64,000 nucleotides of DNA. Source: Chthoniobacteraceae bacterium (GTDB lineage: Bacteria > Verrucomicrobiota > Verrucomicrobiia > Chthoniobacterales > Chthoniobacteraceae). The notes beneath the pieces were generated by a model, which saw only the letters and a program-made list of their open reading frames with translations, was not told the DNA's origin and did no database searches. Made by a program: the position numbers and the translations under genes. This document shows, piece after piece, positions 20,401-28,011 of the stretch (its first letter is position 1; the number at the start of each line of letters is the position of its first letter). The stretch is from NCBI GenBank assembly GCA_031409335.1, contig JANNWY010000293.1, positions 20,943-84,942 on the forward strand. Reading direction: 5' to 3'.

Positions 20401-21655
20401 CGGGCGCGTTGACCTGGTAGCGGAGTTGCACGCTGCCGACGCCCTGCGGATCGGTGACGCGCGCGGAGACGACGATCGCCTCCCACGGCTTCGGCGCTTT
20501 TGGCAAATGATCCACGTCGCGCACGGCGGGCGGCGGCGTCACGGTGAAGACGGAATTTTGCGCGCCGGGCGTGCCGAGAATGTCGGGCGAACTGCCGAGC
20601 GAGGCGTCCACGCAGAAATCGAAAAGGTTGTAAGTGTTGAGGTCGTCCTGCCCGGCGCGAATGAAGGGCAGCTTTGCGAAACCGTGCACGCAAATGATGT
20701 TCGTGCCCGGCGTGAGCAGCGCGCCGGCATTCAGCAGGACCGTCTCGCTCCACGGATCGTTGCCCTCCTCGTAGTACGCGTTGTTGTTGAAAGTGGGATC
20801 GGTCGGCGCGCTGGGATTGAAGCCGAAGCGCGCGACTTCCACGCCGTTGATCCAGACGATCGCGGCGTCGTTGTGCATCACGCGCAGCAGCACGGAGCGC
20901 GGGATCGCGCTGGAGACGGTGCAGGTTTTGCGCAGAAAAACGGAGCGGTAGCTCGCGGTGAAATTCGTGCCCGATCCGGCATTGCTGCTCACGTAGGTCG
21001 CCATGTCGGTGAGCTGCGTGGCGAGCGTCACGCCCGTCTCGGCGAGCGTGGCGAGCGGGTTGTTGTTGTTGAGTTTGAAAAGGCCGATCGGCAGCGCGCC
21101 GGTGAGCCACGTCGCGTCTTCGGTAAAGGCCGCCGCGCGCCATGCGGTGATCGGCGAAGACGCCTCGCTCGTGCCTTTGCGATAGCGCCAGCCCGCGCTG
21201 CCCGCGGCGACGTACGTGGTCGCCGTCTGCGTCACCGTGCTCGCGCGCCAGCTTCCGCCGAGATTGTTTTCGAGCGCGGGATTCAGCAGTTCGAGCGTCG
21301 GCCCGTCGCCGTTCGGCGGCGAAGGCCACGGCGCGGTGTTGCCGAAGATCACCTTGTCCACGGTCGAGCCCAGCGCGTCGCGCAATTCGATTTCATCGCC
21401 GTCGCTGCTGAGCCCGCCGGTCCACGGCCCGAGCGCGGTGACACCGTAGAGCGCCTGAATCGTCACGGGATTTTCCGCGATCACGAGGTAGCCGCCCGCC
21501 GTAAAAACGGTGCCCGCCGGGAAAATAAAATCGACCGCTTTCGCGAGCCGCCAGTTCGACACATCGACGTCCGCGCCGGTCGGGTTGTGGAGTTCGATGA
21601 ACTCGGAAAGCTGCGTGTTTCGCGCGGCGTTGTAGTTGATCTCGTTGATCTTCAC
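17462..21655 (-). CDS. C-terminal part of frameshifted surface protein: lamin-tail domains, CotH kinase, C-terminal sorting-like domain
   Basis: INEINYN..EFIELHN and VNELMYHP..EYIELVN (lamin tail); RLRGGNSR and PYDWDASFG (CotH-like); frame stays open upstream to 21802. Confidence 0.8.
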   Translation of the reverse strand: MKINEINYNAARNTQLSEFIELHNPTGADVDVSNWRLAKAVDFIFPAGTVFTAGGYLVIAENPVTIQALYGVTALGPWTGGLSSDGDEIELRDALGSTVDKVIFGNTAPWPSPPNGDGPTLELLNPALENNLGGSWRASTVTQTATTYVAAGSAGWRYRKGTSEASSPITAWRAAAFTEDATWLTGALPIGLFKLNNNNPLATLAETGVTLATQLTDMATYVSSNAGSGTNFTASYRSVFLRKTCTVSSAIPRSVLLRVMHNDAAIVWINGVEVARFGFNPSAPTDPTFNNNAYYEEGNDPWSETVLLNAGALLTPGTNIICVHGFAKLPFIRAGQDDLNTYNLFDFCVDASLGSSPDILGTPGAQNSVFTVTPPPAVRDVDHLPKAPKPWEAIVVSARVTDPQGVGSVQLRYQVNAPGAYIPSTLPLTNAVLLANPLQDPPANAAFESTGWTTVAMVDDGSISGDTPGDGVFTARIPAQAHRALVRYRIVAADLGGASVTVPAADDPRKNYAFFVFNRIPIYTAGSQVFAPATLNTLPIYQWITRPADMTQLMAYNGADQFANTAALNALLARRYENFTGTLVVGHQVLDHVRVRLRGGNSRYLGSGKRHFRFNFAKGTSLDASDEAGRKYGRPWESMLFNKMFGNKGYYDYGIPYEVGSKLWQQQGTPMPDSHWVQFRVVQNTDESHASLGDFWGMFQALELPEGKNYLRSRNLPLGNFYKMSDWTQNAEMDARYQAPGAVDFGEDFDNIRYNLHQCASQSDLERYMNMPQWYRFDAVKEAIRHYDIFTEPTGRHRVKNLIWWFAPMVNTNNLGQLVQMPYDWDASFGPNWNSGWDFIHNALYNHNDVTDSPTWTGVKPSRVPMQIEHRNIIRELRDLSWYRDGARGPVDDIIDDAAAKITAFAPADTARWPSPGAQAVYAGGVAAKVTDMKAFCFTGWTDTAGNGDPAVGVGGRAAYLDSLTDTVDAGQLPATPTIAYSGTAGFPIDAVGFTSSAFTDPQGVGTFNAIQWRIGEITDATAPAYDPTEERIYEAVPVFDSGPILTFNAGISIPGTVLRVGHTYCARVRHRDSTGRFGHWSAPLQFTAGTSNYIQTLKDNIMVNELMYHPATPAVPYAENDYEYIELVNISPSLTLSLANVRFTKGVDFDFAGSAITSLAPGARVLVVKNTAAFTSRHGPGKPIAGQWDAADSLSNNGEEIKLSYGAGAAIQNFIYDDDLPWPAPADLGGYSLVLRTPETRPNHTVAASWRASYVAGGSPSGADRQTYAEWAAANAASDPLADDDLDGLFNSVEYALGGSNTTNDRGRLPSASLATHSVSGTSYTFLTITLRRPLGADGAAVTLEWSLSLDPGSWDTTGVFVSSTDHGDGTVTEVWRCPTNTSAARYFARAKITLF

Positions 21656-21750
21656 ATGCAGCGGCCGCGCCGCGACGGAGCGCGTGAGGATTTGCTCGAC
21701 CGCATTTCCCGAAGAGTCCGTGACGCGAATGCGAATCGAGATCGTCTGAT

Positions 21751-23538
21751 TCAGGTCGCCCGAAAAACTGTGCGACGAGATGAGTTGGTTTCCGACGATG
21801 GAAAAAATCCGTTGTTCGTGTCCCCCGCCCCGTTCACCAAAACGAAGGTGAAAGTGTCATCGGGATTCCCGTCCGCCGCATTCAAAATCCCCGCGAACGA
21901 GCCGCCGAGCAGATCGGTGTAAAGCGACGCCTCGCTCAGCGCGATGGACGAGGGCGGGACCGCCGGCGGATTAACCACGATGCTCACGGTCGCGATGTTC
22001 GAGTCGATGCCGCTGTTCGCTTTGTAGGTAAAGGAATCCGGGCCGCTGTATCCCGCGGCAGGCGTGTAGGTGAGACTCGGCGCGGTGCCGCTGAGCGTGC
22101 CGTGCAGCGGTGGCGCGATGATGGAATACACGAGCAGCGCCGCCGGATTGTAGTCGTAGGAAACGAGCGTGATTGGCGTCGCCGTTTGGTAGCGCGCGAC
22201 GACGCTGAGATTTTCCGCAGTGGGCGAACTCGGGATGACCGTGATCGCGACCAGCGCCGTCCGCGTCACCGCGCCGGCAAGGACGGTGAGGGTGTAGGTC
22301 GTCGAGGTCGTGGGCGAGACGGTGACGTAACCCGAAGTCCCCGCGACCGCGCCGACGCCCTGATTGATGCTCGCGGTGAAAGTGCCCGCCGAGGGATTCG
22401 CGAGCAGATAGGAAAGCCGCGCGCTTTGCCCCTCGTAAATCGTGGTCGCGGGAAACGCGGTGAACGACTCGATGCGCACGACGGGCACGGTGTCCGGCCC
22501 CGCCGCGATCGTGTCCGCGATGCCCGCCGCGCCGAGCGGGCCATCCCAGATGCGGAATTCGTTGTAACTCGCGTTCGTGCTCGCATCGCCCGACCAGTTC
22601 GAGCGGCCCAGCCAGTTATTTACAAAGACCAAGTCCTGCGGGCGGAAGGTCGTATTCAGGAACCCGACCAGCGTGCCATTCTTGAAACAACTCAGCCGCG
22701 GCGAGCCGCTGTTGCCGACGGGATCATAGACGCACGCGAAATGAAACTCCGTCCCGTAGCTGACGGCATCCCCCACGATGCTCTGCTGCTCGACGTTATT
22801 GTCTTTCATCGCGATGACCCGCTGAGTCGCCGTGCCGCCGTTTTGCGCGCTGAGCATGATGTACTCCGTGCCGGAAAAACTTCCGCCGGGCGCGTTCTGC
22901 TCACCGACGCTGTTCGTCCCAAAATCGAAATAGCGCGACCACGTCTGCGCGCCCTGCAAAGTCATCCAGCCCTCGAAAGTAAATTTCGTCAGCCCGGACA
23001 TCATGTTATTCGGCAGGTCGATGTAAGGCGCGGTGGTGGAGCCGCCGCCGGGCAGCCGCACGCGGTCGGGCGTGGTCGCGCCGCCCGCGGCATTCGTGCG
23101 CGTCCAGTTCGTGCCGGATGTGGCGTTGATGAGCGTGCCGTTCGTGCCACCCACAGAATCCGTCGCCACCGTGCCGCTCGCCTCATTGAAACTCCACCGA
23201 TGCGTGAGCGCCGCGGGCACCGCTGGCGTCGCCGTGGCCTGCGCGGTCGTGCTGCTCGTCGTGTCGGTCAAAGTGTAAGTCGTCAGCGCCGTCGGGATCA
23301 CTTTCACCGAACCCGTTGCCCCGCTCACCGCGCCGACGCCCTGGTTGATCGAGATGACATCGCCCGCCGTCACGGACCACGCGAGCGTCACCTCCTGCCC
23401 AGGCAGAAAAGTCGTCGGGCTGGCAGTGAACGAGAGGATTCCCGCCGACACGGGGGAAAGGATGAGCAGCCATGCGAAGAGCCAGCGAAGCGAGCAGTGG
23501 GTGGCTGTTCCGAGAAGGGCGGTGCTTGGAAATCGCAG
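21751..23538 (-). CDS. N-terminal part of the same frameshifted gene: LamG-like jellyroll, Ig/cadherin-like domains
   Basis: HRWSFNE, TFEGW, NEFRIWDG (LamG); PLHGTLSG..LTYTP..YSGPDSFTY (Big_9); start codon uncertain, hydrophobic signal-like stretch near 23500. Confidence 0.7.
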   Translation of the reverse strand: MRFPSTALLGTATHCSLRWLFAWLLILSPVSAGILSFTASPTTFLPGQEVTLAWSVTAGDVISINQGVGAVSGATGSVKVIPTALTTYTLTDTTSSTTAQATATPAVPAALTHRWSFNEASGTVATDSVGGTNGTLINATSGTNWTRTNAAGGATTPDRVRLPGGGSTTAPYIDLPNNMMSGLTKFTFEGWMTLQGAQTWSRYFDFGTNSVGEQNAPGGSFSGTEYIMLSAQNGGTATQRVIAMKDNNVEQQSIVGDAVSYGTEFHFACVYDPVGNSGSPRLSCFKNGTLVGFLNTTFRPQDLVFVNNWLGRSNWSGDASTNASYNEFRIWDGPLGAAGIADTIAAGPDTVPVVRIESFTAFPATTIYEGQSARLSYLLANPSAGTFTASINQGVGAVAGTSGYVTVSPTTSTTYTLTVLAGAVTRTALVAITVIPSSPTAENLSVVARYQTATPITLVSYDYNPAALLVYSIIAPPLHGTLSGTAPSLTYTPAAGYSGPDSFTYKANSGIDSNIATVSIVVNPPAVPPSSIALSEASLYTDLLGGSFAGILNAADGNPDDTFTFVLVNGAGDTNNGFFPSSETNSSRRTVFRAT

Positions 23539-23920
23539 CTGAGGTGAAAATGAAACGCCGGGTATGATGTGAGATCGGGGGGAGCGGGTGGGCTCGGGGA
23601 AAATCCACTGCGGCGTAGGGTGCGCAATGAGATATGGCGTCTTTGCACTTGGATTTTGCGCACGGCGGGAGGCCGATCCGATTTCCGCCGCGGGCAAATG
23701 ATCCGAAAAGTGCGGTGCGGTGGGTGGCGTTGTGTGCTCTGGCGAATCTCGCTTTTTTTCGCTTGCCGGGCTCGCACACCAACCGCCTCCGCCAATCCGA
23801 TTCCAGTCGTTTCCGTGGGCTGACGGTGTTGTGACAGGGCGTTCAGAACCCGGATCACCGCTGGCCAATTTCCAAGAAATGCTCATAGCGTGGGGTTGCC
23901 AAAAGTTGGCTTTTCTCGCC

Positions 23921-24151
23921 ATGAAAATTCCCCGCTCCTTCGCAGTCGCTGCGGCGGCCATCCTTTCAGCGGTCGCACCCATCGCCAGCGCGCAGACCTA
24001 TCAAGTTACTGACATAGGTTCACTCACTGGCGCGACCGGATGTGCCACGGCGATCCATGACAATGGCATGATCGCGGGCTGCCCTCAGCCCACCTCGACT
24101 GCCGCGCGGACCGCTACACTCACAAAACAACTAGTACACCACATCCCATGA
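23921..24151 (+). pseudogene. Truncated N-terminus of a secreted HAF-repeat-like protein
   Basis: Signal peptide then QTYQVTDIGSL..ATAIHDNGMIAG (one HAF-like repeat), after which similarity ends. Confidence 0.5.
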
Positions 24152-27100
24152 AAACCTCGAACTTACTCCACGCGACCGGGCTGGTCCGTCGGCTCGGCGC
24201 TCTCATTATCTTTGCGGCCTTGATTGGCTCCGGCGTCCGCGCCGGCGCGCAAGGTTCGTTGCTTTGGTATTCCGGCCCGGGTCTGCCTTCGCCGCGCGCC
24301 GAGGCTGTAGCAGTGCTCGCGCCGGGCGGCTCGGTGCTGCTGATGGGTGGGGTGAGCCCATCCGGTGCGACCATCGTGCCGAAGCTGCTCGACGGAGCCA
24401 CGAGCTGGGTTCCCGGTCACCCGATCGACAGCACGCGCATCGGGCTCGGCGCGGTGCGCTTTGGTGTGAGCGGCATTCTGGTCTTCGGCGGTCGCAACGG
24501 GAACACGCCAACCGATGAGGCGCTGCTCTACGACTACTACTACGGCGACAGCCAGGACGCGGAGAAGATGTCCACGCCGCGGCAAAAATTCGCGTATGCA
24601 GCGGATGGATCGGACCGGTGTTATGCGTTCGGTGGTCTGGGAGAATCCGACCAGGTGTTATCCAGTGCGGAGCGTTACGACTGGGTGCAGGATGCGTGGT
24701 CGGCCATCGCCGCGCTGCCGGCTGCGCGCTACGGGGCCACGGCCGTGAGCGTGGACGGGACGCACATTTATCTTTTCGGCGGCGCGACTTCGACTGCGGT
24801 GCAGGCCACGGCCTGGCGCTACGTCGTCGCTTCCAATTCCTGGCAGACGCTCGCGCCGATGCCGGTGGCAGTGCGCCAAGCCGTGGCCGTCCTCGTCCAG
24901 AACCGCATCTACGTGACCGGCGGCGTCGCTGCGTCTGGCGCGGTGGCCACGGTGCAGGTGTATGACTTGACGACGGGCCTGTGGTCGCTGGACACACCGC
25001 TGCCCGCCGCGCGGTATGCGCATGGCGCGATCTATACTGCCGGGGGAAAAATGCTGGTCTCTGGTGGCTACGACGCGGCCGGCGTCGCCTCGGCGTCCGA
25101 CTTTCAGACCCAGCAACTGAACATCCCCGAGACCGCGCCGATCTTTGACACCGTGCCGGTGACTGTAGGTTCGCTCGACCGCCCGTATGGTTACCTCGCC
25201 GGAGCGCTGGGAAATCCTGCACCCACGTTCTCGCTCGTCACGGGTCCGGCGGGCATGACCATCGCTCCGGCCACTGGTTCCATCGGCTGGCAGCCAGTCG
25301 CGGGACAAGTCGGCGTACATCCGGTGACGGTCCGCGCGACGAACCGCATCGGCTTCGTCAATCAGAGCTTCAACATCACCGTGGTAAGCGACACCATCGC
25401 GCCGAAGGCACCCACCGAGGTCCACGTGGAGGATGTCACTGCGACTTCCGTGACACTCTCGTGGAGCGGAGCGACGGATGCGACGGGCATTCATCACTAC
25501 GCGGTCTATCGTCAATACCGCTGCGGGTTCCGGGGCATCCAGCGGTGCTATGGTATAGTGCAGAATAACATTTCCGGCACGACGACCACTATCACCGGCC
25601 TCCCGCCGCTGACCTCCTATCTGTATACCGTCCGAGCCTTCGATGCCTCCGGCCATTCATCGCCCAATTCGCCACTGGTCTCGTTTAAGACACTCTCGCC
25701 GCCCGTGTCCTTCCGCTACACTGGTGCGACCAGTCTGCCCGCAAACTTCCCGCTACAGCTTCAGTTTTTCGCCAACGCGAATCCAGCAGCCATCTTCTCC
25801 ATCCTCTCCGGTCCCGCGAGCCTCACCGTCGATCCGGTGACGGGTGTTGCGAGTTGGATGCCATCTCCCGCCGATGTCGGAGCGCATACGCTGGTGGTGC
25901 GCGCGACCAATACCGGCGGCACCGCAGACCTTTCCGTGAATCTCACCGTGCGCTCCGACGTGCCCGTGCTCTCCGTGCAGTATGTGCCGGGCGCGGGCGG
26001 ATTGCGCGATGCCATCGCCGGCTCTGCGTGGACCGCGCAGGTGCTCGACGCCAGCCACACGACTTCCACTTATGAAATCGTCGCGGCTCCCCCGGGCATG
26101 ACGATCAACGCAATCACCGGCCAGCTTTCGTGGGTGCCCACGCCGGACGACGCCGGTCTCCGCCCCGTGATGGTCCGCGCCACCAATGCCGCCGCCAGCA
26201 ATGAGATCACCTTCGAGTTCTACGTGCATTTCACCGGGCCGGTTTTGAGTCTGCAAGTTACCGGCCTCACCGACCTTTATCCCACCGCCACATGGACTGC
26301 ACCCATCGGAACCGGCACCGACCGAGTCGCCGGCTACACCGTCCTCGCCACCGCGCGTTATCGCTCCGGTCGAACCTACCGCACGCACCAGGTGAGTTAT
26401 CAAACCGACGCTTCCACCCCGACCGTGACACTCGCCGGCCTGGTCTCCGGACGCACTTACACCTTGTATGTCAACGCCGTGGACGAAACCGACAATCGCG
26501 GCCTCACTAACCCACCTGGCTTAATCTTCATCCCGCGCCCCGGCCTGCCCGTCGTCGGCTGGACCATCGCCAATGCCAACGGCAGCCCCGGCGTCGTGGC
26601 CGGCTACCAAGCCGTGGTGCAATTCACCGAATCTAATCCCGCCTTTGGCCCAGCGACTTTCTCCATCGTCAGCGCCCCCGCCGGATTCGTGCTCAATCCC
26701 ATCACTGGCGAAGGACGCTGGATGCCCTCCACCACGGATGTCGGCGCAATCCCTGTCACCATCCGCGTTACCAACCAAATCGGCCCGCGCGATGTCACCG
26801 TGAACATCCTCGTGAACTTCTCCGGACCCGTGCGCAATCCCATCGCCGCGCGCAATGGCGACAGCGCCGTCGCGAACTGGCAGCCGCCCCTCGACAACAT
26901 TTTCCCAATCGCCAGCTACCGAGTGACGATGCACTGGCAAGTCGGTAGCCGCTCCTATTCGCGCGCGATGACTGCCACCGGCACCAGCCACGCCTTTGGC
27001 CTCGTGCCCACCGGTGCGGTCTGGCACAAAGGCGTCACCATCACCCCGCTCGACGCCACCGGCCGCGTCGGCGTCGCCAGCGCGCTCATCGCCTACAACA

Positions 27101-27354
27101 ATGTGCTGCCCGCTGGCCTCCCGCCCGCCGATCCCGCATGGATTGAGCAAGTCACCATCGCCGCGGACGGGATTCCCGCCGTAGAAGTCCGTGGCCCCGT
27201 CGGTGCCATTGCCGAAGTGGAAGTCTCCAGCGATTTGCTGAACTGGGATCCGCTCGAAACCGTCACCATCGGCGACGATGGAGTCATGCTATGCCCCGAC
27301 TCCGCGAGCCAGAATACGACGCAGAGTTTTTACCGCCTGAACATTCCGCAATAG
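24148..27354 (+). CDS. Secreted Kelch-repeat / putative Ig (He_PIG) / fibronectin III protein
   Basis: About six GG..Y..W Kelch units; several PAGMTI..TG.I.W.P Ig units; FN3 units (VTLSW...YTVRAFD). Confidence 0.85.
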   Translation: MKTSNLLHATGLVRRLGALIIFAALIGSGVRAGAQGSLLWYSGPGLPSPRAEAVAVLAPGGSVLLMGGVSPSGATIVPKLLDGATSWVPGHPIDSTRIGLGAVRFGVSGILVFGGRNGNTPTDEALLYDYYYGDSQDAEKMSTPRQKFAYAADGSDRCYAFGGLGESDQVLSSAERYDWVQDAWSAIAALPAARYGATAVSVDGTHIYLFGGATSTAVQATAWRYVVASNSWQTLAPMPVAVRQAVAVLVQNRIYVTGGVAASGAVATVQVYDLTTGLWSLDTPLPAARYAHGAIYTAGGKMLVSGGYDAAGVASASDFQTQQLNIPETAPIFDTVPVTVGSLDRPYGYLAGALGNPAPTFSLVTGPAGMTIAPATGSIGWQPVAGQVGVHPVTVRATNRIGFVNQSFNITVVSDTIAPKAPTEVHVEDVTATSVTLSWSGATDATGIHHYAVYRQYRCGFRGIQRCYGIVQNNISGTTTTITGLPPLTSYLYTVRAFDASGHSSPNSPLVSFKTLSPPVSFRYTGATSLPANFPLQLQFFANANPAAIFSILSGPASLTVDPVTGVASWMPSPADVGAHTLVVRATNTGGTADLSVNLTVRSDVPVLSVQYVPGAGGLRDAIAGSAWTAQVLDASHTTSTYEIVAAPPGMTINAITGQLSWVPTPDDAGLRPVMVRATNAAASNEITFEFYVHFTGPVLSLQVTGLTDLYPTATWTAPIGTGTDRVAGYTVLATARYRSGRTYRTHQVSYQTDASTPTVTLAGLVSGRTYTLYVNAVDETDNRGLTNPPGLIFIPRPGLPVVGWTIANANGSPGVVAGYQAVVQFTESNPAFGPATFSIVSAPAGFVLNPITGEGRWMPSTTDVGAIPVTIRVTNQIGPRDVTVNILVNFSGPVRNPIAARNGDSAVANWQPPLDNIFPIASYRVTMHWQVGSRSYSRAMTATGTSHAFGLVPTGAVWHKGVTITPLDATGRVGVASALIAYNNVLPAGLPPADPAWIEQVTIAADGIPAVEVRGPVGAIAEVEVSSDLLNWDPLETVTIGDDGVMLCPDSASQNTTQSFYRLNIPQ

Positions 27355-27855
27355 ATGAAATCCGCCGCTCCACAAATGCGCGCCCGGCTTGCCGGATGGC
27401 TGCTCGTGCTGGCTTATGCCTGCACGCTGCCATCGCTGCTGCCGGCAGCGTTTGCGGTACTGGCGCTGGTGGAAGGTTCGCACGGGATCGAGCTGCGGAT
27501 CGGCGGTGAAGAGGTCGCTGTCGTGCTCACGCATCCCGGTGGTGCCGGGAAACCGCACGACGCGATTCATCATCATTGTCTCTTCGCGAAAATGCTCACG
27601 GCCTTCGCGGAGCCGCCGCGCAATGATAACCCGGATCATTTGCTGAAGTTCACCGGAGGCTCAGTTCGCAGTTTGGAAAAGCGGACGGTCGTGCCCGATG
27701 CGCCGCTGAGTTCCGATGCGGCGATGCCTGTGTATTTCATCGTCGCGGAGGTCGCGATTCCGCGTCCGAATTTCGCGTGCGCATGGCCCGAGGGCGCGCC
27801 GCCGCGACCGCCTGCGGAGCTGGTCGAGTTGGCGAGCACGCTGCTGCTCATTTGA
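27355..27855 (+). CDS. His/Cys-rich small membrane protein with C-terminal Pro-Pro motif (DUF2946/CruR-like architecture)
   Basis: N-terminal hydrophobic helix, HDAIHHHC cluster, GAPPRPP near the C-terminus. Confidence 0.55.
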   Translation: MKSAAPQMRARLAGWLLVLAYACTLPSLLPAAFAVLALVEGSHGIELRIGGEEVAVVLTHPGGAGKPHDAIHHHCLFAKMLTAFAEPPRNDNPDHLLKFTGGSVRSLEKRTVVPDAPLSSDAAMPVYFIVAEVAIPRPNFACAWPEGAPPRPPAELVELASTLLLI

Positions 27856-27954
27856 GATAACGCCGCACGGCGAAGCCGAGGCGCGCGGTCACCAGACACG
27901 CGCGGGTTTCGCGGAAGCATGCATGGACAGACACGCCACAGCCGGGCCGTGCCT

Positions 27955-27979
27955 GCGTCCGTTCGCGCGGACGTTTTTT
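27955..27979 (+). terminator. Intrinsic terminator-like hairpin in the leader of the cytochrome gene
   Basis: cgtccg-ttcgcg-cggacg followed by T6. Confidence 0.55.
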
Positions 27980-28011
27980 CCCCGGCGGAAATCTCAAATC
28001 CGATCACCCGC

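Noticed and set aside
23539..23982. Long N-terminal extension of the LamG ORF
   Set aside because: Crosses the divergent intergenic region; the hydrophobic signal-like segment only starts near 23500
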